A DNA stretch of 64,000 bases, taken from NCBI GenBank assembly GCA_002840365.1, contig PHAO01000001.1, forward strand, positions 168,647 through 232,646, read 5' to 3'. The position numbers and the translations under genes are program-made. The DNA comes from Candidatus Dojkabacteria bacterium HGW-Dojkabacteria-1. GTDB lineage: Bacteria; Patescibacteriota; Dojkabacteria; SC72. Shown one piece after another: positions 10,803 to 20,746 of this stretch (its first letter is position 1; every line of letters starts with the position of its first letter). The notes below the pieces were generated by a model. The model searched no databases, was not told the origin of the DNA, and saw nothing but the letters and a program-made list of their open reading frames with translations.

Positions 10803-10877
10803 GCCGCTATCGTCTAACGGTTAGGACACATGATTCTCAATCATGTAATCGGGGTTCGATTCCCCGTAGCGGTACCA
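10803..10877 (+). tRNA. tRNA-Glu(CTC)
   Basis: Cloverleaf gccgcta...tagcggt-a-CCA; anticodon arm catga-ttCTCaa-tcatg; GTTCGAT T-loop. Confidence 0.95.
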
Positions 10878-11564
10878 ATGACAAATATGATAAAGTTCGA
10901 TTTAATAACAATATTTCCTGATTCTTTACAAGCATATCTTGATAGCAGTATTTTGAAAAGAGCTCAAGAAAAAGGATTAGTAGAGATAAAGGTACACAAT
11001 CTAAGAGATTGGAGTAGTAGTAAACATAGAACTGTTGATGATACTCCATATGGAGGAGGTCCAGGTATGGTTTTCATGGTAGAGCCAATATACAATGCCC
11101 TTTGCGAATTAAGAAAAGAGAATACAAAGGTTTTCCTTACATCCCCAAAAGGTAAGAAGTTAGTACAGAGTACATTTGTAGAGCTATCTAATGATATCAA
11201 TGCTCACTACATTATTCTTTGTGGTCACTATGAAGGTTTTGATCAGAGGGTACATGACCATCTTGTAGATTATGAATTTTCAATAGGGGACTATGTTCTT
11301 TCTGGTGGAGAGCTGCCAGCTTTGGTATTAGTAGATGGAATTACAAGATTAATACCAGGTGTACTTGGAAATGAGCAATCCCTTGATATGGAGTCATTTA
11401 CTAATGATACGTTAGATTTCCCTCAATATACAAAACCATCAGAGTTTAATGGATGGAGTGTTCCTGAAGTTTTACTCTCTGGAAATCACAAGGAGATACA
11501 GAAATGGAGAGAGGAAAACTCAATACTAGAAACAAAAAACAAGAGACCAGATTTGAGCAAATAG
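10878..11564 (+). CDS. trmD: tRNA (guanine37-N1)-methyltransferase
   Basis: DDTPYGGGPGMV, CGHYEGFDQR, SIGDYVLSGGE; start at 10878 or 10887, downstream of the tRNA. Confidence 0.95.
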   Translation: MTNMIKFDLITIFPDSLQAYLDSSILKRAQEKGLVEIKVHNLRDWSSSKHRTVDDTPYGGGPGMVFMVEPIYNALCELRKENTKVFLTSPKGKKLVQSTFVELSNDINAHYIILCGHYEGFDQRVHDHLVDYEFSIGDYVLSGGELPALVLVDGITRLIPGVLGNEQSLDMESFTNDTLDFPQYTKPSEFNGWSVPEVLLSGNHKEIQKWREENSILETKNKRPDLSK

Positions 11565-11631
11565 TTTGACCTTGTTTAGATTGTCTAAATATTCTACAAT
11601 CATATTAGAAATATTTGAGTCTATCACCCTC

Positions 11632-12102
11632 ATGAAGAAAGAAACATACAGGATAACTGAGGAGAAAAAATTTGAGTTAATTGAAGAACTTAACAAGTTA
11701 CAGAACGAAGTTTTGAAACAAATAGCTGACAGACTTGAAGAAACGAGAAAAGAAGATTTAAGTGAAGATGATATACAGCTTGGAGAGATACTTGAAGAAA
11801 AAGAGGTGGTTGAAAGAAGAATAGATGAGATAAGTGATATTCTGGATAATTGTGAAATTATTATAGACAAAGATTACTGCGAACCCTTCACTGTTAATTT
11901 AGGTTCAACTGTAAAATTAAAGCAAGGTCGAAGAATATTTGATGTTAAATTAGTTTCCTCTCTTGAGGCTGATCCTGAAAAGAATTATATCTCTGACAAA
12001 TCTCCACTAGGGAAAGTATTGTTAAAGTCCAAATCAGGAGATATAGTAAATGTAAAGATAAGGGGAAATGTTACTGAATACAAGATCCTAGACGTATGTT
12101 AA
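11632..12102 (+). CDS. GreA/GreB-family paralogue
   Basis: Coiled coil with EDLSEDD tip, C-terminal EADP...ISDKSPLGKVLL. Confidence 0.8.
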   Translation: MKKETYRITEEKKFELIEELNKLQNEVLKQIADRLEETRKEDLSEDDIQLGEILEEKEVVERRIDEISDILDNCEIIIDKDYCEPFTVNLGSTVKLKQGRRIFDVKLVSSLEADPEKNYISDKSPLGKVLLKSKSGDIVNVKIRGNVTEYKILDVC

Positions 12103-12120
12103 TCTCTTTTGTTCGACCGT

Positions 12121-12158
12121 AAAGAGGGGCATCCGTGGAGGGTCGGGTGCCCCTTTTT
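12121..12158. terminator. terminator-like hairpin between convergent genes
   Basis: aggggcatccg...cgggtgcccct with flanking A/T runs. Confidence 0.65.
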
Positions 12159-12159
12159 G

Positions 12160-13452
12160 CTAACTAAGAATACTATCTAAGTCTTCAATATTGACCCTCT
12201 TCTGTTCCATTGTATCCCTATCTCTCACTGTTACACTATTGTTTTCTAATGTTTCGTAATCTATGGTTATACAGTAAGGTGTACCAATCTCATCTTGATA
12301 CCTATACCTTTTACCAATATTTCCTCTATCATCCCAAACAACTTTGTGTTTGTCAGAGAGTAAATCGAAGACCTCTCTAGCCTTTTTAGAGATATCTTCT
12401 TTGTTACCAACCAGTGGAAAGACTGCGGCCTTGTATGCAGCAATTTCAGGATGTATCTTAAGAACAGTTCTAATGTTTCCATCTCCTAAATCTTCCTCCT
12501 CATATGCATCAAAGAGTAACATTAGAAGAGTCCTATCTACACCACCTGAGGTCTCTACTATCCATGGAATATATTTCTCTCCGGTTTTTGGATCTGTATA
12601 TTTTAATTCTTTACCACTAAACTTACTATGCTGAGTTAGATCATAGTCACTTCTCCAATGTATACCCTCATTTTCTGCCCATCCCCATGGTGAAAGATAC
12701 TCGACATCAAAAGCTTTCTTTGCATAGAAGACAAGTTTGTCTTGAGGATGTTCGTAGAATCTGAGATTTTCTTGTTTTCTGTAAAGCTCTTTGTAGAATT
12801 TCATTCTTTCTTCTTTCCAATATTCAAACCACTTTTCCATATCATCAGGATGTACAAAGAACTGCAAATCCCACTGTTCAAACTCTCTACTTCTAAAGGT
12901 TAGCTTACCAGGAGTAACCTCATTTCTAAAAGCTTTACCAATCTGAGCAATACCAAAAGGAATTTGCTGTCTAGTGGAATCAACTACATTCATAAAGTCA
13001 AGGTATATGGTTTGACATGCTTCCCCTCTAAGATATGCATCCATTTTCTCTCCTTCAACAACACCTACCTCTGTTTTAAACAACATATTGTACTTTCTTG
13101 AATCTGTGAATTCTGTACTCCCACATTTTGGACATTTCTCTTGAATATCTTCTGGCCTAAATCTTTGATGACACTTCTTACATTCAACTACCTCATCAGA
13201 AAATCCTTGTACATGTCCAGAAGCTTCCCATACCTTAGGATGTGTGATAATGGTTCCATCAATACCTACAACATTTTCCCTTTTGTCTACCATATTTTTC
13301 CACCAATATCTTTTGAGATTGTTTTTCATCTCTACTCCTACGGGACCATAGTCATAGAAGCCTCCAATTCCCCCATATATTTCAGAATTTGGAAAAATTA
13401 TTCCTCTTCTTTTTGCTAAAGCCGTAATCTTTTGGAGTAAATCTTGTGACAT
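12160..13452 (-). CDS. glyS: glycine--tRNA ligase (alpha2 type)
   Basis: EIYGG, WEASGH, YLRGE, IGKAFRNE, REFEQ, IGKRYR anticodon domain. Confidence 0.95.
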   Translation of the reverse strand: MSQDLLQKITALAKRRGIIFPNSEIYGGIGGFYDYGPVGVEMKNNLKRYWWKNMVDKRENVVGIDGTIITHPKVWEASGHVQGFSDEVVECKKCHQRFRPEDIQEKCPKCGSTEFTDSRKYNMLFKTEVGVVEGEKMDAYLRGEACQTIYLDFMNVVDSTRQQIPFGIAQIGKAFRNEVTPGKLTFRSREFEQWDLQFFVHPDDMEKWFEYWKEERMKFYKELYRKQENLRFYEHPQDKLVFYAKKAFDVEYLSPWGWAENEGIHWRSDYDLTQHSKFSGKELKYTDPKTGEKYIPWIVETSGGVDRTLLMLLFDAYEEEDLGDGNIRTVLKIHPEIAAYKAAVFPLVGNKEDISKKAREVFDLLSDKHKVVWDDRGNIGKRYRYQDEIGTPYCITIDYETLENNSVTVRDRDTMEQKRVNIEDLDSILS

Positions 13453-13532
13453 ATCTTAATATTTATTATTTAAACGCCCAATTATACTATATTCTTTACC
13501 CATTAAGAAAATTTCTGCTATATTATATATAA

Positions 13533-14393
13533 ATGGAAAAGGGAAATATTACAAAACTTGTCCTCTTTGTAGATGTACAGCTTGCAATACTACTAGGTTT
13601 AGTAATATTCTTTGGTCTTTCAAATCTTAATACACAAAAAATTACAGACCAAGATGTACTTGGTGTAGATACTGCAGAGGCAAGTGGTGACTTCTCTGTA
13701 TCAGTTTGTTTAAGAGATGACTGTATATATATTCCTAATACTGCAGTAAGCAAAGAGGGAAGTATAGATGAGGGAATGGTATATCAAGAAGTTTTAGACA
13801 AAGTAGTATCACACTTTGAACGTACCTATGGTGGTAAATCTTTGGCAGCTAATGGTAATGGTTCCTTTGTATATTGGAAAGAGGATATTAGGCCTGATTT
13901 AACAAATATTTTCAAAGAGGTATATGTATCTTTTCTCTCTGGTTTAGATACAAATGTTGATATTGAAATGAAGGATATGCCAAGCACTGATGGTAAATAT
14001 GCAACTAAATATATTGAGGTAGATAACTCAAGACAAAAGTTGTATGTATGGCGAAATGGTCAGGTTGAAAGAGAGATCCTTCTGTCTGGTCCCAAAGAAG
14101 GGTATGAAGTATATGGAGTATTTCCAATCGTGGATAAAGGGTTGAATCCTAAAGCTCCAACAGGTTCATATATGCCATATTGGATGGCATTTCACTATGC
14201 AGGAGGACAGGAATCTTGGTATGGTCTACATGGACTAATATGGTGGTATGATTCTAATGGAAGAGCAATATATGAACCGGAGAGTAATATCGGTGTAAGA
14301 AGAAGTGGTGGGTGTATAAGGATGGTGGAGGAAGATGCCAAGTACTTGTATGAGAATTTTGACAAGGGAGATTTAATACTCATACATGAGTAA
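13533..14393 (+). CDS. L,D-transpeptidase (YkuD family), membrane-anchored
   Basis: IEVDNSRQKL, LHG...SGGCIRM catalytic motif. Confidence 0.85.
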   Translation: MEKGNITKLVLFVDVQLAILLGLVIFFGLSNLNTQKITDQDVLGVDTAEASGDFSVSVCLRDDCIYIPNTAVSKEGSIDEGMVYQEVLDKVVSHFERTYGGKSLAANGNGSFVYWKEDIRPDLTNIFKEVYVSFLSGLDTNVDIEMKDMPSTDGKYATKYIEVDNSRQKLYVWRNGQVEREILLSGPKEGYEVYGVFPIVDKGLNPKAPTGSYMPYWMAFHYAGGQESWYGLHGLIWWYDSNGRAIYEPESNIGVRRSGGCIRMVEEDAKYLYENFDKGDLILIHE

Positions 14394-14464
14394 TACACAA
14401 AAACCTTTTTCTTTCCCCTTTGTATTGATATAATCGCAATATATTAAATTGTATTTTACTCCTC

Positions 14465-16015
14465 ATGGAAGAGTCCCAAAGAAGTGACTTAGTCGGACAA
14501 AGAAAAGTAAGATTAGAGAAAATAGAGAAACTTAAGAAGTTAGGTATAAATGCATATCCTGCAAAATCCAATAGGGAGTATGAAATAGGGAAAGTTTTAA
14601 ATGAATTTGATTCCTTTGATGGTAAGCAAGTATGTCTTGCTGGAAGAGTTATGGCATGGAGAACACATGGTAAATTACTCTTCTTAGATATTAAAGATCA
14701 AACTGGAACAATACAGGTCATGGTAAAGAAGGATTCTTTGGAGGGAGATTTAAAGAAGGAGTATTTAGATTGGGATAACTTAGAGCTTCTAGATTTAGCA
14801 GATTTTGTAGAAGTAGTGGGAGAGATTGGAAAAAGTAAAACAGGTCAAATTAGTATATTTACTAAAAAGATAAGGTTACTTACAAAATCTCTTCGCCCTA
14901 TTCCACGCAAATTAAATAGTAAAGAACAAATATTCAGAAGAAGATATCTAGATTTGATAATTAATGAAGATAGGGTAAGAATGTTTGAGAGAAAAGCAAA
15001 GTTCTGGGAAGTACAAAGAGAATTTCTTAAAAAAGAAGGCTTTATAGAAGTTGAAGTACCTATATTAGAGCCTGTAACAGGAGGGGCAGATGCTAAGCCA
15101 TTCATTACTCATCATAACGCTCTAGATCAAGATTTCTTCTTAAGAATCTCTACAGAGTTGTATCAGAAGAGATTAATAGGGGGAGGGTATGAGAAAGTAT
15201 ATACATTAGGACCAAACTTTAGAAACGAAGGAATGGATGACGAACATCTACAAGAGTATTATCAATTAGAGTGGTACTGGGCATATGCCAACTTTAGAGA
15301 CAATATGGATTTAGTTAAGAGAATATTTTTAGAGATTGCAGAGAAGGTATATGGAAATACTAAATTCACTACAAGAGGTCACACCTTTGATTTAGCAGAC
15401 GATTGGAAAGAAATAGATTACACACAGGTAATTAAAGATACTTTTGATGTAGATATCTTTAATGACAGTGATGAGAAGATATTAGAAGTTGTAAAGAAAA
15501 ACAATATTGAATTAGATGGGGATATTAACAGGAATAGGTTAATTGATAATCTATGGAAAGTTATTAGAGCAGGTATATCAGGACCAGCATTTTTAATTAA
15601 TCAACCAAAATTCATTTCTCCTTTAGCAAAATCTCATGCAGAGAATCCAGAATTAACAGAAAGATTTCAAGTTATCATAGCAGGAAGTGAACTAGGAAAT
15701 GGTTACTCCGAGATAAATGATCCAGTAGACCAATTAGAAAGATTCCTTGAACAACAAGATTTAAGAGACTCTGGAGATGATGAGGCACAAATGTTAGATA
15801 TAGACTTTGTAGAAATGTTGGAGTATGGTATGCCTCCTACAAGTGGATATGGTCAAAGTGAAAGAATATTCTGGTTTTTGGAAGATGTATCTGGTAGAGA
15901 AGGTACATTCTTCCCACAGATGAGAGTAGAAATTGATAGTACTACTAAAAAGGTTTACAAAGAGAAGTTGGCTAAATATCTCACACCAAAGAAAAAAGTA
16001 GTTTCTAAAAAGTAG
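14465..16015 (+). CDS. lysS: lysine--tRNA ligase class II
   Basis: RRRYLDL, GGADAKPF, FRNEG, EYGMPPTSG. Confidence 0.96.
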   Translation: MEESQRSDLVGQRKVRLEKIEKLKKLGINAYPAKSNREYEIGKVLNEFDSFDGKQVCLAGRVMAWRTHGKLLFLDIKDQTGTIQVMVKKDSLEGDLKKEYLDWDNLELLDLADFVEVVGEIGKSKTGQISIFTKKIRLLTKSLRPIPRKLNSKEQIFRRRYLDLIINEDRVRMFERKAKFWEVQREFLKKEGFIEVEVPILEPVTGGADAKPFITHHNALDQDFFLRISTELYQKRLIGGGYEKVYTLGPNFRNEGMDDEHLQEYYQLEWYWAYANFRDNMDLVKRIFLEIAEKVYGNTKFTTRGHTFDLADDWKEIDYTQVIKDTFDVDIFNDSDEKILEVVKKNNIELDGDINRNRLIDNLWKVIRAGISGPAFLINQPKFISPLAKSHAENPELTERFQVIIAGSELGNGYSEINDPVDQLERFLEQQDLRDSGDDEAQMLDIDFVEMLEYGMPPTSGYGQSERIFWFLEDVSGREGTFFPQMRVEIDSTTKKVYKEKLAKYLTPKKKVVSKK

Positions 16016-16050
16016 ATCTTTCCTTGATATAAATTCTTTTTTGAGAATAG

Positions 16051-16410
16051 GTGGACTCTATCAAAGACATATTAAAAAATCTCAATCAAGAAGAAAAAGG
16101 AGACGAACCACAGGGTGAACTTTTTGATACATCATCTCTTTCCAAGAGAAAGGTAGTCATAAATGATAAGCATAAGTATATATCCAAGGAGTATCAATTC
16201 TATGGTTTGAGACTTGCAGGTAAGTTGGGGGACAGTAAAAGAGTAACTATGTATATTAAATGGGCAAAAGAAAAACCCAGAGCAATACTCGAGCAAGCGT
16301 ACAGTTTCGCTATTGATTACCCAAGTGCAAAAGATAGAAGTCGTATCTTTATGTGGAAAGTAAAAGAACTAGAGAATGAATACAAAGCTAAGAAGAAAGA
16401 GAACTCTTAA
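16051..16410 (+). CDS. conserved hypothetical protein (CPR-type)
   Basis: 119-aa ORF with EYQFYGLRLA...YIKWAK...IFMWKVKEL. Confidence 0.7.
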   Translation: MDSIKDILKNLNQEEKGDEPQGELFDTSSLSKRKVVINDKHKYISKEYQFYGLRLAGKLGDSKRVTMYIKWAKEKPRAILEQAYSFAIDYPSAKDRSRIFMWKVKELENEYKAKKKENS

Positions 16411-17386
16411 TGGCATCTAACACAATACTCACAGCTTCTTTTGCATCTACTGCCTCTACTCTTGCAGCAGCAGAATACTCATGTCCACCACCACCAAGTA
16501 ATTCTGCAATCTTGTCTACTTTCTGATATCCCTTTGTACCCCTGAAAGATATTTGCCAGATATTTTCCTTGTAATACGAAGGCTTCACTACAAATCCCCA
16601 ATGTACACCCTGTATATGTCTGATAATCCTGTCTCTTACATGTTGCTGTGCATTATTGACCGCTGTTTTAGTTAACTCATATTTCTCTATCTGTTTTTTG
16701 GTAATATATGTATATGCCATATCTCCCTCAACTTTCACATTCTTTATATATATCCTCAAAGGTTGTAGTGTCTCATATGGGAATTTACTGTTCTTGTAAG
16801 TAAAGTCCTCAATATCAAGATTAAATACCCTCCTTAATTTCCCCATCATCTCATACGTATTTGGAGTAGCATTCTCATACAAAAATCGACCTGTATCTGA
16901 GATAATTCCAATCTGTCCAAGCTTAGATATTTCTTCTGTAATCTTGTATCTACTTCCCTCAATATCCATACAAAGAGTAAGTACCTGTTCTGTAGCAGAG
17001 CTCATATTGTTGTTTACACTCAAATCTGTCTGCTCTGTAGCAGTATCATGGTGATCGATAATGATTAATTTCGCTGTACTGTTTTGAATACTGTCATGAT
17101 GTGTGACACACATATCCATATTTCCAGAATCAGTCAATATTATTAAATCCTCGTCCCCCATATCCAAATGTTCAACAATTTGAATATCCTGCATAAAAGG
17201 TATATTTTGTGTAGGCATTTGTCTTGCCTTAAATACAACGTTCTTTTTTTTGTAAAAAGTACGAATATATTCTAAAAGTATTAATGCACTACAAAAGGCA
17301 TCAAAGTCCGGTCCCTTGTGAGTAAGTATTAATATATTCTTTGCTTTTGATATTAGTTTCTTTAGTTCCTTGGATTCTTTTTTCAT
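16388..17386 (-). CDS. nrnA: DHH/DHHA1 nanoRNase / pAp phosphatase
   Basis: HKGPDFDA, IDHH, SDTGRF, GGGGH. Confidence 0.88.
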   Translation of the reverse strand: MKKESKELKKLISKAKNILILTHKGPDFDAFCSALILLEYIRTFYKKKNVVFKARQMPTQNIPFMQDIQIVEHLDMGDEDLIILTDSGNMDMCVTHHDSIQNSTAKLIIIDHHDTATEQTDLSVNNNMSSATEQVLTLCMDIEGSRYKITEEISKLGQIGIISDTGRFLYENATPNTYEMMGKLRRVFNLDIEDFTYKNSKFPYETLQPLRIYIKNVKVEGDMAYTYITKKQIEKYELTKTAVNNAQQHVRDRIIRHIQGVHWGFVVKPSYYKENIWQISFRGTKGYQKVDKIAELLGGGGHEYSAAARVEAVDAKEAVSIVLDAIKSSLSS

Positions 17387-17569
17387 TAGCGTAAGTATAT
17401 CAGATATTGAATATGCTTGATAATGAATAGTAGGGGTAATATAATCGGAATATGTATATTAAAAGAGTATTTTTTAATTCAAGTTCGATTTTCTCATCTG
17501 TCCACTTAGGTGGACATATATATTTTAAACACAATTAGTAATATCAATTTAAATTAGTAAAAAGAAAAA

Positions 17570-18841
17570 ATGTTAGATATAAAGAAAATAGTAGAAGAAA
17601 AAGATATTGTAGAAAAGGCATTACTTAAAAGAATGAATAAAGAGGAGCTTGATTTAGATATCATCGTAGATTTGTATAACAAGAAGAAAGAAATACTTAA
17701 AGAATTCGAAGAGAAGAGAGCAGGTCAGAACAGTTTTAATACTAAAATGGCACAAGTAGAGAAAGGTTCAGAAGAATTTCTTAAGCTTGTAAAAGAACTT
17801 AAAGAGTTGGCTAATGAGGTAAAAGAGTTAGATGAGAAGCTAAGAAAGATAGAGGAGGAATTAACAGAAAAACTTGAGGTTCTTCCAAATATTCCTGATG
17901 ATGATGTAGTAGCTGGTGGAAAAGAGAGTAATGAGATAGTGAAAACAAGTGGAGAAAAGCCACTCTTTGATTTTGAAATTAAAGATCATGTTCAATTAGG
18001 TGAGGAGCTTCAACTCTTTGATTTTGAAAGAGCATCTAAAATGTCTGGTTCAAACTTCTCAATGTACAAAGGAATGGGAGCAAGATTGGAGTGGGCACTC
18101 ATTAACTACTTTGTTGATGAACATATAAAGGATGGGTATGAGATGATAATACCTCCACATATTGTAGGAGAACAATCTGGTTACTGTGCTGGCCAGCTTC
18201 CAAAATTTAAAAACGATGTATATTGGCTTGAGGATGAAGATCAGTTCTTAATTCCTACTGCTGAGACTGTACTTACGAATATTTATAGAGATGAAATTCT
18301 TAATGAGGAAGATTTACCAAAGAAGTTCTTTGCATATACACCTTGTTACAGAAAAGAGGCAGGTAGTTACAGAGCTAATGAAAGAGGTTTAATTCGTGTT
18401 CATCAGTTTAACAAAGTAGAGATGTACCAATTTGTTAAAGCTCAAGATTCTGAAAAGGCATTAGAGGAGTTAGTTACTAAAGCAGAAAAGCTTGTTGCGG
18501 GATTAGGTCTTCACTATCAAGTAAGCAAATTAGCGGCAGGTGATTGTTCTGCTGGTGCGGCAAAGACATATGATGTCGAGGTATGGCTTCCTGCGATTGG
18601 TCAATACTACGAAGTAAGCTCTATATCCAATGTCCGTGAATATCAATCAAGAAGAGGAAATATGCGTTACAAATCAAAAGAAGATGGTAAGAATATGTTC
18701 GTTCATACTCTTAATGCATCAGGTTTGGCAACAAGTAGACTTATGGTAGCAATCGTAGAAACATATCAACAAAAAGATGGAAGTCTTGTAGTTCCAGAGA
18801 TATTAAGAAAGTATATTGGAGTAGATAAAATTGAGAAGTAG
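17570..18841 (+). CDS. serS: serine--tRNA ligase
   Basis: LIPTAE, RKEAG, RVHQFNKVE, HTLNASG. Confidence 0.96.
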   Translation: MLDIKKIVEEKDIVEKALLKRMNKEELDLDIIVDLYNKKKEILKEFEEKRAGQNSFNTKMAQVEKGSEEFLKLVKELKELANEVKELDEKLRKIEEELTEKLEVLPNIPDDDVVAGGKESNEIVKTSGEKPLFDFEIKDHVQLGEELQLFDFERASKMSGSNFSMYKGMGARLEWALINYFVDEHIKDGYEMIIPPHIVGEQSGYCAGQLPKFKNDVYWLEDEDQFLIPTAETVLTNIYRDEILNEEDLPKKFFAYTPCYRKEAGSYRANERGLIRVHQFNKVEMYQFVKAQDSEKALEELVTKAEKLVAGLGLHYQVSKLAAGDCSAGAAKTYDVEVWLPAIGQYYEVSSISNVREYQSRRGNMRYKSKEDGKNMFVHTLNASGLATSRLMVAIVETYQQKDGSLVVPEILRKYIGVDKIEK

Positions 18842-18846
18842 TAAAT

Positions 18847-19422
18847 ATGAGCTACTTTTTAGGTTTCTTTCCTGATCAGAAAGCTAACTACAAAATTCGA
18901 AAGGTTGTAGGAGAGGTAGGAAGAATATTCAGGGATTTTGATATTCCTGTTAGATGGGTTAAACCTGAAACATTCCATATATCTCTCTATATCCTAGGTG
19001 ACCATTTCAACATTATCCAAAGGTTTCTTCTCTCTAGAAAAATACAGAGAATTTCTTTTGAACCATTCACAATATCTCTTGGGAAGATAAAGTTAGGAAT
19101 ATCAAGAAAATACAAAGAACTAGTATATTTAGATATAAATGAGGGTGGAGAAGAATTAAGAGAGTTGTTGCATATTGTTAGGAAAGAAATACCTGGTAAA
19201 GACAGTAGTACATTTGTTCCTCACTTAACAATTGGTAGGGTAAGTAAGGACTTATCAGAAGAGGAATACAGAAATTTAGTAAAGGATATTCACAATATTT
19301 CTAAATCTTTAAATATTGAAGAGATATCTTTCACTGTTAATGAAATGTATTTAGTAAAAAGTAAGCAAGGAGTCTACTCCTTGGTAATGAAATTTGATGC
19401 TAAATCTAATATGTTGTCGTAA
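18847..19422 (+). CDS. thpR: RNA 2',3'-cyclic phosphodiesterase (2H family)
   Basis: Two HxS/T motifs: FHISL, PHLTIGR. Confidence 0.85.
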   Translation: MSYFLGFFPDQKANYKIRKVVGEVGRIFRDFDIPVRWVKPETFHISLYILGDHFNIIQRFLLSRKIQRISFEPFTISLGKIKLGISRKYKELVYLDINEGGEELRELLHIVRKEIPGKDSSTFVPHLTIGRVSKDLSEEEYRNLVKDIHNISKSLNIEEISFTVNEMYLVKSKQGVYSLVMKFDAKSNMLS

Positions 19423-20237
19423 TTGTTTGTCCAAATTGCATTCTTGTTTCTTCTAAACCAAGTTCTTTGTCTTTTGGCATATGAGTATGTGTTTCTTTTG
19501 ATATTTTCCTTTACCTCATCTAAGGTAATTTGCTTTTCAAAATACTCCTTAAATTCCTTGTATCCAATACTATTCATCCCTTTATCTTCATAGGTATATC
19601 CCATTGAAAGTAGTTTCTTATTTTCTTCAAGTAATCCATCCTCAAACATCCTCTCTATTCTTTCATCTATTCTTTCTCTTAACTCTTCTTTAGGAATATC
19701 TATTACAAAATATATATGATTTAAATCCTTTCCTTTTTTCTTTCCTAATCCTTCTCTTTGTATTACACGTATTAATCTATGTTTGTTCTGCCTATCACTT
19801 TCAGTCATTTCCGGAAGATATTCCTTTGCCATTTGTTGTAATTGCTCTAATGAAAGAGAAGAGATATCCTCTTTAATGTTGTTTTCAGAGAGATCGTAGT
19901 TGAATACAATACTATCAATATACAGACCAGTTCCTCCCGTAAGTATTGGTATTGAGTTTTGTGTATCTAATATACTTTGGACTCTCTTTTGATATTCAAA
20001 AAGAGTAAAGTGTTCCTTCGGATCTACAAAATCATACAGAAAGTGGTCTACACATGTGTCCTCTATTTCTTTCTTTGTAGGCTTAGCAGTACCAATATCT
20101 AGATGTTTGTAAATCTGTCTTGAATCACCATTAAGGATATATCCATCGATATCTTTTGCTAACTTAGTAGCAATATCTGATTTCCCTGAAGCAGTAGGAC
20201 CTGCAATTACAATTATCTTTCCTTTGTAGTTAATCAT
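19374..20237 (-). CDS. miaA: tRNA dimethylallyltransferase
   Basis: GPTASGKS, DSRQIY, GGTGLY, YAKRQRTW. Confidence 0.95.
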   Translation of the reverse strand: MINYKGKIIVIAGPTASGKSDIATKLAKDIDGYILNGDSRQIYKHLDIGTAKPTKKEIEDTCVDHFLYDFVDPKEHFTLFEYQKRVQSILDTQNSIPILTGGTGLYIDSIVFNYDLSENNIKEDISSLSLEQLQQMAKEYLPEMTESDRQNKHRLIRVIQREGLGKKKGKDLNHIYFVIDIPKEELRERIDERIERMFEDGLLEENKKLLSMGYTYEDKGMNSIGYKEFKEYFEKQITLDEVKENIKRNTYSYAKRQRTWFRRNKNAIWTNNYDNILDLASNFITKE

Positions 20238-20746
20238 TTAAGGAGATGTTTTGAAAACCAGTATATACTCCATATACTTCCTACACATGAGAGTATGCTA
20301 ATTACTAGTATCACCTGTGTTTGAATTGATACAAAAAGGAAGATGGAGCTGCCTAGGAGTATTAAAAATATCGTTTGTTTAGATGTGTCCATGAAGTACT
20401 CTAATCTAATATTTTCAATACTAAATCCTTTTTTGTGTCTTTTGTGTACATAGTAACCAATTAATATACCTAAGTTACTAATTAAAAGAATGGATGTAAG
20501 TATTGGTACTAATCTGAAGACTTCCGTTATTTGTATATCAAGAAGTACACTTGCTAAATACAATCCAATTACATTAAGTACTGCAGATATTGAGAAACCA
20601 ATTGAGGAAAGTAAAAGGAATCTAGTTTCCTTTGAAATGAGATATATTGCTATTAAAGAAATTAAAAGTATTCCAAACAGAAGTATACCTTCTTGTGTTT
20701 TCTCAAATGTACTCCAACCATACCAAAGGTTTGTAACTATATTCAT
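20234..20746 (-). CDS. truncated, divergent SecF-like membrane protein
   Basis: About 5 TMs, overlaps the secD-like gene and miaA; TM spacing resembles the SecF C-terminal half. Confidence 0.45.
   Translation of the reverse strand: MNIVTNLWYGWSTFEKTQEGILLFGILLISLIAIYLISKETRFLLLSSIGFSISAVLNVIGLYLASVLLDIQITEVFRLVPILTSILLISNLGILIGYYVHKRHKKGFSIENIRLEYFMDTSKQTIFLILLGSSIFLFVSIQTQVILVISILSCVGSIWSIYWFSKHLLK

Noticed and set aside
10830-10877. trmD N-terminal extension in the ORF track
   Set aside because: Lies inside tRNA-Glu; homology starts at MIKFDLITIF.
12121-12158. GTGGAGGG suggesting a SAM-I riboswitch
   Set aside because: Remaining consensus is absent and the hairpin sits between convergent 3' ends.
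17499-17516. Hairpin tgtccac-ttag-gtggaca before serS as a T-box
   Set aside because: No stem I motifs, no TGGNACC consensus and no terminator; left as an isolated hairpin.
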